This document shows positions 25,970-35,001 of a stretch of 64,000 nt of DNA, piece by piece (position 1 is the stretch's first letter; every line of letters begins with the position of its first letter). Source of the DNA: Thermoanaerobaculia bacterium (GTDB lineage Bacteria > Acidobacteriota > Thermoanaerobaculia > Gp7-AA8); contig JADGNY010000017.1 of NCBI GenBank assembly GCA_017883235.1, positions 585 to 64,584 of the forward strand, written 5' to 3'. The notes under the pieces are model-generated. The model was not told where the DNA came from and did not search any database. It saw only the letters and a program-made list of their open reading frames with translations. The position numbers and the translations under genes are program-made.

Positions 25970-26467
25970 CTACAACGTACGGCTCATTACCCAGTCTGTC
26001 TGCAAATCACTGCCTAGAAGGAACGGCTGGGTTGCGCATTGGACGAATCCGATCTTGCGATAGAAGGCGATCGCGCGGAGATTGCGCTCCCAGACGCCGA
26101 GCCAGAGCCTCGTGCCGCCAAACGTGCGGGCGTGGACGATGACTGCATCCATCAATGACTGTGCGATGCCTCGGCCGTGATGAGAACGATCGACATAGAA
26201 GCGGGCCAGTTCGACGTCACCGAATGCCGCGCCGGGCGTGTGGCGGAGTTGTGCATAGGCGATTGCCTCGCCGTCCTGCTCGCCGAGGAGCGTGACGATG
26301 CCGGTTGTCTCGAGCTCGCGCCGCTGCTGTGATTCGCCAAACGCGACGCTTGTATACGCCTCCATATCCTCGGCGCGATTCTCGGCGGCGAATGCGTCGA
26401 CGAAGGTCTTCAGCGATATTGCCGCCAGCGTGGCAGCATCGTCCGGCGTGGCCAGCCGGACGATCAC
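25970..26467 (-). CDS. GNAT-family N-acetyltransferase
   Basis: 165 aa. Acetyl-CoA-binding region HHGRGIAQSLMD...AIAFYRKIGF. Confidence 0.85.
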   Translation of the reverse strand: MIVRLATPDDAATLAAISLKTFVDAFAAENRAEDMEAYTSVAFGESQQRRELETTGIVTLLGEQDGEAIAYAQLRHTPGAAFGDVELARFYVDRSHHGRGIAQSLMDAVIVHARTFGGTRLWLGVWERNLRAIAFYRKIGFVQCATQPFLLGSDLQTDWVMSRTL

Positions 26468-26925
26468 GGCTTCGCAGCCCTCTTCACGTAAATCACCTTC
26501 TCCACCGCAGCGTGAACGGCGCCGGCCGCATCCACCAGATCGACGTGATACGTCCGGTCGGCCGAGTGGTCGTCCGCCGTCGCGGCGCGGATCGCGTCAA
26601 CCTCCGCCTCGCCGATCATGAACGTTGCGTAAAGCGTCGTCCGTCCCGGTTTGCGGAAGCGGATTGTGGCCACCTTGTCCCAGACGACGTAGTCCGGGCC
26701 GAGGATCCTGATCAGCATGATCATGAACATCGGGTCGACGGCGCCGTACAGGCTGCCGCCGAAGATCGTCCCGACGACGTTGCGCGTCCGCCAGGAGAGC
26801 GGCAGACGGATGCGCACCTCGCGAAAGTCGGCGGCGATATAGGTGACGCGGGCGCCTGTGCCGCGGTAGGCGGGGAAGAGGTTGAACTTCCAGCGCACCA
26901 GGCGGGAGCTCGACGACTCAGGCAT
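26464..26925 (-). CDS. DUF4442/YiiD_C-like hotdog-fold protein (putative thioesterase)
   Basis: 153 aa. The pattern NVVGTIFGGSLYGAVDPMFMIMLIRILGPDYVVWDKVATIRFRKPG is typical of this family. Confidence 0.7.
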   Translation of the reverse strand: MPESSSSRLVRWKFNLFPAYRGTGARVTYIAADFREVRIRLPLSWRTRNVVGTIFGGSLYGAVDPMFMIMLIRILGPDYVVWDKVATIRFRKPGRTTLYATFMIGEAEVDAIRAATADDHSADRTYHVDLVDAAGAVHAAVEKVIYVKRAAKP

Positions 26926-27463
26926 TGGTGACCCTCATCCACGGCGGGCGGAGACGGGCGATCTTCCTGAAGACGGGGCACGACTGGTCATGCGCGCCGG
27001 GGAGGTAGCCGATGCTGAGGAGGAACGAGCCGGTGATCTCGCCGCCGGTGAAGACAAATGTCTTCTTGAAAAGCTTCACCCAATCCTCGCTGCTCCTCGG
27101 ATGATGCGACTCCAGCCATGTGGCGAACGAGCCGTGCGACTTGCGGAGCTGGATGATGCGGCGCGCATTCTCGATTGCCGCGTCGATCTTCAGCCGGTTG
27201 CGGATGATGCCTTCGTCCTTCAGCAACCGCTCGCGCTGTTTCGCAGTGAAGCGCGCCACGCGGTCGATGTCGAAGCCGCGGAAGGCCGCGCGGAAGTTCT
27301 CCTGCTTCTTGAGAATCGTCAGCCACGACAACCCGGCCTGATTGATCTCGAGCACGAGGCGCTCGAACAGCCGGTCATCGTCGTCGATCGGAAAGCCGTA
27401 CTCCTGATCGTGGTACGGGCCGTGGAACGGATGCCCGCGGGCGATCTCGCAGTAGCTGCTCAT
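26918..27463 (-). CDS. tag: DNA-3-methyladenine glycosylase I
   Basis: Contains HDQEYGFPIDDDDRLFERLVLEINQAGLSWLTILKKQENFRAAF; 181 aa. Confidence 0.9.
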   Translation of the reverse strand: MSSYCEIARGHPFHGPYHDQEYGFPIDDDDRLFERLVLEINQAGLSWLTILKKQENFRAAFRGFDIDRVARFTAKQRERLLKDEGIIRNRLKIDAAIENARRIIQLRKSHGSFATWLESHHPRSSEDWVKLFKKTFVFTGGEITGSFLLSIGYLPGAHDQSCPVFRKIARLRPPWMRVTNA

Positions 27464-27999
27464 CCCACCATTCTTTCCTCCACCGCCGTCGAAAACGACT
27501 GATCGTCGACGTCGAGGTAGAGCTGGCGTTCCGTGATCGTCAGGGAGAGAGACGCTCGCCGCGGCAGGATGGCCGCGACCTTTTCGATGAATCCACGGCC
27601 GAAGGTATAGATCGGGATGGCCTCGCCGCCATGGATCTTTTTTCCGGCGAGTTGATCGAGCACGATGCGGGGATCGCGATGCGTGTAGACGGCCACCCGG
27701 CCGGCCAGCTTGCTGCCGCGGTGAAGGCGGTCGGCATCCGGCGCGCCGACTTCGATCCAGGCGGTGATACGCCCCGTCAGATCGCGCACCAGCACCGCCG
27801 GCTCATCGCCCGCGGCCACCCCCTCGGTCAGCGCAATCCCTTCGGTGTATTCGAGGCACCACGCCAGAACGCGGGTGAGCATGTACTCCGCCGTCTCCGA
27901 GGGCTGTTGCGCCACGCGCAGCTCAAGCGTCTCGTAAACGCCGCGGTCGACGTCCGAGAGCTGAATGTTGAAACGGTACATCGTGGCGGTCAATGCCAT
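27460..27999 (-). CDS. yaeQ: YaeQ-family protein
   Basis: Trimmed to MALTATMYRFNIQLSDVDRGVYETLELRVAQQPSE.... ATGA overlap with tag. Confidence 0.85.
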   Translation of the reverse strand: MALTATMYRFNIQLSDVDRGVYETLELRVAQQPSETAEYMLTRVLAWCLEYTEGIALTEGVAAGDEPAVLVRDLTGRITAWIEVGAPDADRLHRGSKLAGRVAVYTHRDPRIVLDQLAGKKIHGGEAIPIYTFGRGFIEKVAAILPRRASLSLTITERQLYLDVDDQSFSTAVEERMVG

Positions 28000-28039
28000 G
28001 AGACACAGCATCTCACGCGAAGACGCGAAGCCGCGAAGC

Positions 28040-28387
28040 TCAAGTCCCCTCTTCGTCGATGTGGAATTTGTGCATTGTGCGATGGATGAACGGGGCGAGC
28101 AGCACGCCGAGGAGGCCGATGAAGATCAGGCCGGAGAAGAGGGCGTAGAACGATGCGAAGATTTTCGCGCCGTCGGTCTTGAGCGTGTCGACGGGGCCCA
28201 TCCCGCCAAGGATCATCGACGCGTTCAGGAGCGAATCGACCCAGTTCAATCCCCCCAGAAAGTGGTAGCCGGCCATCCCCACGTACAAAGCGATCGCCGC
28301 CGCGCCGACCGCGACGCCGATGTGGCCGACCACCCGCCTCGCGAACTGGGCGCGGGAGAGCAGCGGTTCCACCCGGCTTTCGTACAT
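28040..28387 (-). CDS. small integral membrane protein
   Basis: 115 aa with three hydrophobic helices. No family recognised with confidence. Confidence 0.55.
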   Translation of the reverse strand: MYESRVEPLLSRAQFARRVVGHIGVAVGAAAIALYVGMAGYHFLGGLNWVDSLLNASMILGGMGPVDTLKTDGAKIFASFYALFSGLIFIGLLGVLLAPFIHRTMHKFHIDEEGT

Positions 28388-28425
28388 GGCGTGATTAGAC
28401 CACCACTACCGTGCGGCTTCGCCGC

Positions 28426-28508
28426 GTTGTCGGTTGTCGGTTGTCGGTTGATTCCATTCGCGGTGTTGTCAGGGAGTTCAACGAACCGACTAACCGACAA
28501 CCGACAAC
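28426..28508. repeat. hairpin with GTTGTCG heptamer-repeat stems
   Basis: Left arm GTTGTCGGTTGTCGGTTGTCGGTTG; right arm CAACCGACTAACCGACAACCGACAAC. It sits in a divergent intergenic region. Confidence 0.85.
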
Positions 28509-28586
28509 GCGCCCAGAACCACATGGCAATAGATTCCGTGGTTATTTGTTATCATCCGTCGTCCACGTTCCAATCGGAAACCATCA

Positions 28587-29273
28587 ATGAATCGACTGCT
28601 GCTCTCGATCGCCGTAGCCCTTGCGTTCGCTGCGCCGATGTGCGCGGCGAACTCATCCGACATTCTGGTCTCCTCGCTCGTCAGGCAGGCCCCCGGCTTA
28701 CGCGCGGATGTCCTGAAACTGGCGCTGACCGCGGCCACGCGCGCGGAAGAGCGGGGGCTCGTTCCGCGCCGCGACCTGCTGACCGTCATCGACTACTCGC
28801 TACCGTCATCCCAGCCGCGGCTCTTCTGTTTCGACCTGACCGCGCACAAGCTGCTCTTCCGGGAGCTGGTCGCGCACGGCAAGGGGAGCGGAGGCGACGT
28901 CGCCAACTTCTTCTCCAACAGTCCCGGCAGTCTTGCCACCAGCCTTGGCCTTTTCGTCACCGCCGATACCTACGAAGGGGGCAACGGTTACTCGCTCCGC
29001 CTGCGCGGCCTGGAAGAAGGGATCAACGACATGGCCTGGGACCGCGCCATCGTCATGCACGGTGCGTCGTACGTCAGCCAGGAAGCGGTGAAAGTGCTCG
29101 GCCGCCTGGGCCGCAGTTGGGGTTGTCCCGCCGTGCGGCCGGAGATCTCGCAGAAGATCATCAACACCATCCGCGGCGGCAGCCCGGTCTTCGCCTACTA
29201 CCCCGACAAGGGCTGGCTCTCGACCTCGGCGTTCCTGCAGAAGGTAGCCGGCGCCGTCGCCTCGGTGCGTTGA
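28587..29273 (+). CDS. YkuD_2-type L,D-transpeptidase catalytic-domain family protein
   Basis: Signal peptide present. Contains VAHGKGSGGDVANFFSNSPGSLATSLGLF...RAIVMHGASYV...GRSWGCPAV. Confidence 0.75.
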   Translation: MNRLLLSIAVALAFAAPMCAANSSDILVSSLVRQAPGLRADVLKLALTAATRAEERGLVPRRDLLTVIDYSLPSSQPRLFCFDLTAHKLLFRELVAHGKGSGGDVANFFSNSPGSLATSLGLFVTADTYEGGNGYSLRLRGLEEGINDMAWDRAIVMHGASYVSQEAVKVLGRLGRSWGCPAVRPEISQKIINTIRGGSPVFAYYPDKGWLSTSAFLQKVAGAVASVR

Positions 29274-29348
29274 GCCGGCACGGCCGGCTGCGCTGGTTGC
29301 CCGAGGCCCGGCCACCATCTTCGCCCGGTCGTTCTGCCGCGCAGCCTT

Positions 29349-29510
29349 CTAGCGAAACCTTCCCGCCTGATAGTCACGAATGGCCTCGAAGATCTCTTCC
29401 CGCGTGTTCATGACGAACGGTCCGTGCGCGACGACCGGCTCCCGCAGCGGGGCGGCATGGCCGAACAGGATCAACGCATCGGTTTGGCTCCGGCACGGCT
29501 GTCGGATATC
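29349..29510 (-). pseudogene. pirin C-terminal remnant
   Basis: ALILFGHAAPLREPVVAHGPFVMNTREEIFEAIRDYQAGRF matches the last ~50 residues of pirins. Upstream of about 29510 the frame is merely antisense of the ATPase gene. Confidence 0.7.
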
Positions 29511-29519
29511 TTGTAACAA

Positions 29520-31250
29520 ATGCTGACAGGTCTGACCATCAGAAACTTCAAGAGGCTCGAGGACGTCAGAATCGAGCTTGGTCAAAACGTGGTTTTCATC
29601 GGGCCGAACAACTCCGGCAAGAGCACCGCGTTGCAGGCACTGACGCTCTGGAACTTCGGCCTCAAACGGTGGAATGAAAAGCGGTTAGGCAAAGAGACTC
29701 CGAAGACAAGACCTGGTGTCACCATCAACCGGCGTGACCTGTTTGCCGTGCCAGTCCCGAACACCAATCTGCTCTGGCGCGACCTGCATGTACGCGATTC
29801 GCAGAAGCACAACGGCAAGAAAGGAACCCAAAACGTTAGGATTGAGATTGTCGTCGACGGAGTGACTTCCGAGGGGCCATGGAGCTGCGGTTTCGAGTTC
29901 GACTACGCGAACCAGGAATCGTTCTACTGTCGCCCACTTCGGGCAAGCGATGGAACACCAATGATTGTTCCGCGCGAGGCGGATGGAGTAGAAGTTGTCT
30001 TTCTGCCGCCGATGTCGGGGCTGGCCGCTAACGAGACACGCCTCGATCCTGGCGCCGTGAATGTTCGGATCGGTGAAGGTCGCACTGCTGACGTTTTGCG
30101 GAACCTCTGTCACATGGTGTCTGTTGACACTCCGGACCGCTGGGAACGGCTGTCAGAACACGTGAAGAAGCTTTTCGGCGTCGATCTGGATCCGCCCGAC
30201 TATGTGGTAGAACGCGGAGAGATCAGCATGACGTATCGGGAGAATCGAATTCGGCTCGATCTGTCATCGGCAGGGCGAGGATTGCAGCAGACCCTGCTAC
30301 TCCTGGCCCATCTCTATACAAATCCAAGCTCGATTCTGCTACTCGATGAGCCAGACGCTCATCTTGAGATCCTTAGACAGCGTCAGATCTATCAACTCTT
30401 GACGGAGGTTGCCGCACAACAGGAGTGTCAAGTTATTGCTGCCAGCCACTCCGAGATTATTCTGAACGAGGCCGCCGAACGCGATGTCGTCGTGGCGTTT
30501 GTCGGCAAGCCGCACCGAATCGATGATCGCGGCTCGCAGCTGCTCAAGTCGCTGAAATCAATTGGTTTTGAGGACTACTACCAGGCCGAGATAACGGGAT
30601 GGGTGCTGTACGTCGAAGGGTCGACAGACTTGGCTATCCTTCGTGCATTCGCTCAACTCCTTAAACACCCAGTTGAAAAATACCTGGAACGTCCATTGGT
30701 TCAATACATTGGCAATCTGCCACAAAAAGCTAGGGATCATTTCTTCGGCCTTCGAGAGGCAAAAACTGATCTCGTTGGGATCGCCGTTCTGGACAGACTT
30801 CCAAATGCATTGCAAGAATCTCCGCCATTAGTAATTCGAGCTTGGCGCCGTCGCGAAATCGAAAACTACCTGACGTCGCGGACAGCTCTTCTTTCGTACG
30901 CTGAGTCGCAAGCGATAGGAGTTATGGCGGGTCCACTTTTTGAAAATCACGAGAAGCAGCGCTTGCGAAATGTCATGACGCAGGCACTGAGCGAGATTAC
31001 TGATGCATTGGTCAAGCTCAACAAACCCAATCCCTTCTCGGGTGACATCAAAGCGAGCGACGAGTTCTTAACGCCTCTCTTCCATTTGTTTTTTCAAAAG
31101 CTGGGCCTTCCGGAAGACTTGATGCAGAAGAGTGATTTTCATACTCTTGTGAAGCACCTACCCGAGAATGAGGTAGATCCTGAAGTTCGCGAGATATTGG
31201 ATGCGATTCTAACTGTTGCCGGCGGAGCACACTCGATACCGTTGATATAG
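29520..31250 (+). CDS. AAA15/ABC-type ATPase fused to a Toprim/DUF4435-like C-terminal domain
   Basis: 576 aa. Walker A GPNNSGKST, signature-like LSSAGRGLQQ, Walker B ILLLDEPDAHLE. The C-terminal ~200 aa carries VLYVEGSTDLAIL and WRRREIENYL. GC is visibly lower than in the neighbours. Confidence 0.8.
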   Translation: MLTGLTIRNFKRLEDVRIELGQNVVFIGPNNSGKSTALQALTLWNFGLKRWNEKRLGKETPKTRPGVTINRRDLFAVPVPNTNLLWRDLHVRDSQKHNGKKGTQNVRIEIVVDGVTSEGPWSCGFEFDYANQESFYCRPLRASDGTPMIVPREADGVEVVFLPPMSGLAANETRLDPGAVNVRIGEGRTADVLRNLCHMVSVDTPDRWERLSEHVKKLFGVDLDPPDYVVERGEISMTYRENRIRLDLSSAGRGLQQTLLLLAHLYTNPSSILLLDEPDAHLEILRQRQIYQLLTEVAAQQECQVIAASHSEIILNEAAERDVVVAFVGKPHRIDDRGSQLLKSLKSIGFEDYYQAEITGWVLYVEGSTDLAILRAFAQLLKHPVEKYLERPLVQYIGNLPQKARDHFFGLREAKTDLVGIAVLDRLPNALQESPPLVIRAWRRREIENYLTSRTALLSYAESQAIGVMAGPLFENHEKQRLRNVMTQALSEITDALVKLNKPNPFSGDIKASDEFLTPLFHLFFQKLGLPEDLMQKSDFHTLVKHLPENEVDPEVREILDAILTVAGGAHSIPLI

Positions 31251-31271
31251 CAGTTGATGAATATCGTCAAT

Positions 31272-31307
31272 CTGGTGTGAATGCCATAACCGTGACATTC
31301 ACACCAG
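31272..31307. terminator. bidirectional hairpin between convergent genes
   Basis: CTGGTGTGAATG-N12-CATTCACACCAG, a perfect 12-bp stem. Confidence 0.55.
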
Positions 31308-31317
31308 TCAGACTGGG

Positions 31318-33168
31318 CTACGGCTTCACGAACCGCACCCGATGGTTGGCTGGATCGAACGTCACCACGAGATCCTTCAGGAAGCGGAAGCCGAGGTTGC
31401 CGACGGGGAAGATCTCGACGAAATCGACGCGAGGGTCGGTCAGCGTGATCGCGCCGATGTGGGCTTCGCCCTTCAGCGGCGCAGCGTAGATGTCGAAGTC
31501 GTTGCCGACCGTCCGGCCGTGTCCGACCACCTTCGGCTCCTCGGCGAGCGGCAGCGACTTGGCGATCGATAGCGGGACGGAGAGCTGGGCCGGGCTGCCG
31601 CTGTCGATGTCGGTCTTCACCTTTACACCGGCGACGTCGACTTCGATGTTGGGAATGCCGCGGTCCGCGTTGTAGGAGAGGATCTTCGATCCGTCTGCCG
31701 GCGGGAGGCTGCCGCCGTCGACTTCGAAGCGTGCGTTCGGATAGTCGAGCGTCACGATCAGGGAGTTGAAAAGGTGCAGGCCGATGATGCCGTCGGCATT
31801 GTCGAGATGCCGGCCGTTCTGCTCACCGACCTCGACCTGCCCGAAGTGAAGCTCGGCGATGTCGACCGACTCGGCGCTGAGGATGCGGATTGTTTTCTGA
31901 TTCTTGCCGCTTGGATCTGCCGAGATCCCTTCGCCGATGACCGGCAGCGATAGCTGTTTAGACAATTCCGGGCTGATCTGCATCATCCCGCCGAAGCCGC
32001 TGTCGACGGCGAAACGGAACGGACCTTTGCCGTTGACCTTCGCTTCGATGACCGGCACGTGATTCGTCAGATCCATCGGGATCCGTACGCGGCCGCCGAT
32101 CATCACTTCCCCCGGTCCTTCCGGTCCGCGCCGTTTGCCCTCTCGTCCGCCGCCGCCGATCCCCAGCGTTTTCCGCGCCTCGCGCGCGATCTCCTCGGCG
32201 GACGGCGGGTCGAAGTTCGAGAGCACGACCAGCGTGTACGGTGGCTCGATCTCCAGCACGGCATTGACGCCCGGCGAACCGCCGGCTACACCGATGTTGC
32301 GCTTTCCCGCGCCATCGAGGCTGCCGGTGAAAAGCCAGTCCGTCCAGCGCTTCGGCATCAGCTTGTCCGCAAGAAGTGCCTGCGAGAGACGCAGGAGATC
32401 GGGAGCGGTCGAATAGCCGCCGCCGGCGGAGCTGCCACGCGCAGGGAGCGTGTTGACATTGCTATGCCGCGCCGGCGTCGAACCTTCCGGGCCGCGTTTG
32501 GTCTGTCCTTCCGCGCGGTTCGGCACGTTCTCGTCGATCGCGTACGACGCCGTGTCGTTCATCCCGGCAGGCCTGGTGATGTGATCGCGGACGTAGTCGT
32601 AGTAGCTCTGTCCGGAGATCTTTTCGATGATGAGCCCGAGGACGACGAAGCCGGCGTTGGAGTAGCGCTGGTCGGATCCCGGCTCGAACTCGAGAGGCTT
32701 GTCGACGAAGAGCGGCAGGTAATCGGACAGCTTACGGAGCGCTGCGTGCGAGGCCATGAACTTCGGACCGAAGAAGTCGCCGAGTCCCGAGCGATGCTGG
32801 AGCAGTTGCTCGATGGTGATCTTGTCCGCCACCGGCGAGGGGTAATCGGGGAGGTGCTTGCGGATCGTGTCGTTCAACGACAGCTTGCCTGCCGCCGCGA
32901 GCTGACCGATGGCGACGTGCGTGAAGAACTTGTTGATCGAGCCGAGGTTGAACTTCGTGTCCGGGCGGTTGGCGATTCCTTTCGCGGGATCGGCCATCCC
33001 CCAGGCGCGTGACAGGATCGGTGTCCCGTCTTTCGCCAGCAGAACAACCCCTGAGAATCGATCCTCGGCCACGGCTTTGTCGATGGCGGCGGTGATCTGC
33101 GCAACCGGCTCGGCTGCGACCAGCGATGACGCGATCAGCAGCGCGAATACAGGAATGAGAATCTTCAT
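31318..33168 (-). CDS. serine hydrolase (beta-lactamase/PBP fold) fused to tandem retropepsin-like aspartic peptidase domains
   Basis: Signal peptide MKILIPVFALLIASSLVAA. SxxK motif GSINKF. The C-terminal half has two DSG motifs (AVDSGFGG, DIDSGSP). Confidence 0.8.
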   Translation of the reverse strand: MKILIPVFALLIASSLVAAEPVAQITAAIDKAVAEDRFSGVVLLAKDGTPILSRAWGMADPAKGIANRPDTKFNLGSINKFFTHVAIGQLAAAGKLSLNDTIRKHLPDYPSPVADKITIEQLLQHRSGLGDFFGPKFMASHAALRKLSDYLPLFVDKPLEFEPGSDQRYSNAGFVVLGLIIEKISGQSYYDYVRDHITRPAGMNDTASYAIDENVPNRAEGQTKRGPEGSTPARHSNVNTLPARGSSAGGGYSTAPDLLRLSQALLADKLMPKRWTDWLFTGSLDGAGKRNIGVAGGSPGVNAVLEIEPPYTLVVLSNFDPPSAEEIAREARKTLGIGGGGREGKRRGPEGPGEVMIGGRVRIPMDLTNHVPVIEAKVNGKGPFRFAVDSGFGGMMQISPELSKQLSLPVIGEGISADPSGKNQKTIRILSAESVDIAELHFGQVEVGEQNGRHLDNADGIIGLHLFNSLIVTLDYPNARFEVDGGSLPPADGSKILSYNADRGIPNIEVDVAGVKVKTDIDSGSPAQLSVPLSIAKSLPLAEEPKVVGHGRTVGNDFDIYAAPLKGEAHIGAITLTDPRVDFVEIFPVGNLGFRFLKDLVVTFDPANHRVRFVKP

Positions 33169-33230
33169 GAAAGCCTCCTGTCGTCAAACTACGCGGCAGT
33201 TGTGAAGCGATGATGAAGACCGGAGAGGCG

Positions 33231-33545
33231 GATCAAAAATTGATCCCTTTCGATCGAAAGTTGATCGATGGGGATCAAAAATTGATCTCTTTCGATCAAA
33301 AGTTGATCGACGTCAATCAAAAGTCGATTGACGTCAATCAAAAGTCGATCGACGTCAATCAAAAGTCGATCGACGTCAATCAAAAGTCGATCGAGATCGA
33401 TCAAAAGCTGATCGACATCAATCAAAAGTCGATCGATGTCGATCAAAAGTTGATTGACGTCAATCAAGAGTCGATCGATGTCGATCAAGAGTCGATCGAT
33501 GTCAATCAAGAGTCGATCGATGTCAATCAAAAGTCGATCGACATC
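33231..33545. repeat. tandem minisatellite, 15 copies of 21-bp unit (G/A)ATCAAAAGTCGATCGACGTC
   Basis: Parsed unit by unit from the sequence. It is extremely GATC/TCGA dense. ORFs are open on both strands across it. Confidence 0.95.
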
Positions 33546-33594
33546 GATCGGTTTGCTGGTCAACCGGCCTTGAGCAGCGAGCGATGAACACCAA

Positions 33595-35001
33595 TCATGT
33601 CAATGTTTTAGCGGCAATCGGCAACGTGAACGAGAATACCGACCCCCCTCCCACCCCCCTCTCCGCCCACACCCGCCCGCCCTGTGCGGCCACGAGCTGG
33701 CGGACGATCGGCAGGCCGAGGCCGGCGCCGCCGGTGGCGCGGGAGCGGGAGACGTCGACGCGGTAGAAGCGCTCGAAGATGTGCGGGAGCTCCTCGGCCG
33801 GAATGCCGGTGCCGCTGTCGGCGACGCGGATGATCGCTTCTCCTCCGCTCTGTTCCCAGGTGATCCGCACCTCGCCCGGCGTTTCCATGTGCGCGACGGC
33901 GTTGGCCAGCAGGTTCGTCACGATCTGTACCGTCCGGCGGGCATCGGCGAGGACGATGACGTCGTCGCCGCCGTCGCAGCGAAGGGTCACGCCGCGCTCC
34001 CGTGCTCTCGTCTCCATGCCGGCGGCGGCGCGCCGCGCCAGCGCGGCGAGGGCAACCGGCTGCGCGTCAATCTCCAGCCTGCCGGCCTCGGCAAGCGCGA
34101 GATCCTGCAGATCGTCGACGAGATGGGCCAGGTGCATGGTCTCGTCGTGCAGCGACGCGATCCGTTCCGGGGTCGGCTCCGTGAGGCCGTCCTGCATCGA
34201 CTCGAGGTCGCAGCGGATATTGGTCAGCGGCGCACGCAGCTCGTGGGCGACGTCGCTCACCATCCGGCGCCGTTGTTCTTCATTGCGATCGAGCGCGGCG
34301 GCCATGGCGTTGAAGCCGCGCGCGAGCTCCGCAAGCTCTGCGCCGCCGGCAGGCTCCACGCGCACGGCCAGATCGCCGGACTCCATGCGCCGCGCGGCCT
34401 CGGTCAGCCGCTCGACCGGCACGCTGATCCAGCGAGCGATGGCGATGGCCATCAGGACCCCGAAGATCGTTGCGCCGAGGAAGGTCCAGAAGAACGAGCG
34501 ATCGAGCGAGCGGGTGGCCGGCAGCTCGAGATTCCCGCGTTGCGGGGGGAGGATGAAGATCGATCCGACGATGACCCCCGGGTCATTTCGCACGACCATC
34601 TGCGGACCGCGAATCAGCTCGCGCGCAAGTCCCTGCGGAGTGCGGCGTTCGATCGTCAGGGTCCCGTCCGTTGCCAGATCGAGGTGCGCATCGCGCAGCG
34701 CCCTATTCGACGATGCGACGAGGTGGTTCTGACCGTCGAAGAGGAGGATGTCTGCCTGGGCAGTCTGCGCCGCACGATCGACCTCCGATTGAACACCGAT
34801 CCATGAGCCGTGCGCGCGGTAATAGTCAGCGATTGCCGCGGGCATACGCGGCGCGCGCCCGGCATGCACCTCGACGTCAAACTTGCGGATCTCGTAGTGC
34901 GCTACGCGCGTGGAGATGACGGCCACGCTGCCGATGGTCACGGCGAGCAGCGCCGCGACCATGGCGATGAGGCGGCTGCGCAATGTGGCGAAGAGCTGCA
35001 T
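33595..35001 (-). CDS. sensor histidine kinase (two TM helices, HAMP, HisKA, HATPase_c)
   Basis: H-box VSDVAHELRAPLT, N-box TNLLANAV, G-boxes DSGTGI and GGAGLGL. Confidence 0.9.
   Translation of the reverse strand: MQLFATLRSRLIAMVAALLAVTIGSVAVISTRVAHYEIRKFDVEVHAGRAPRMPAAIADYYRAHGSWIGVQSEVDRAAQTAQADILLFDGQNHLVASSNRALRDAHLDLATDGTLTIERRTPQGLARELIRGPQMVVRNDPGVIVGSIFILPPQRGNLELPATRSLDRSFFWTFLGATIFGVLMAIAIARWISVPVERLTEAARRMESGDLAVRVEPAGGAELAELARGFNAMAAALDRNEEQRRRMVSDVAHELRAPLTNIRCDLESMQDGLTEPTPERIASLHDETMHLAHLVDDLQDLALAEAGRLEIDAQPVALAALARRAAAGMETRARERGVTLRCDGGDDVIVLADARRTVQIVTNLLANAVAHMETPGEVRITWEQSGGEAIIRVADSGTGIPAEELPHIFERFYRVDVSRSRATGGAGLGLPIVRQLVAAQGGRVWAERGVGGGSVFSFTLPIAAKTLT

Noticed and set aside
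26464-27999. yaeQ-tag-DUF4442-GNAT string as a special system
   Set aside because: The four genes are linked by 4-8-nt overlaps, but all are common housekeeping-type families. I see no reason to treat the string as more than an operon.
33189-33587. 124-aa and 125-aa heptad-repeat ORFs on both strands across minisatellite B
   Set aside because: They are open on both strands only because a 21-bp unit without stop codons is repeated. There is no RBS or gene context, and the peptide repeats (LLIDIDR / QKSIDVN) are by-products.
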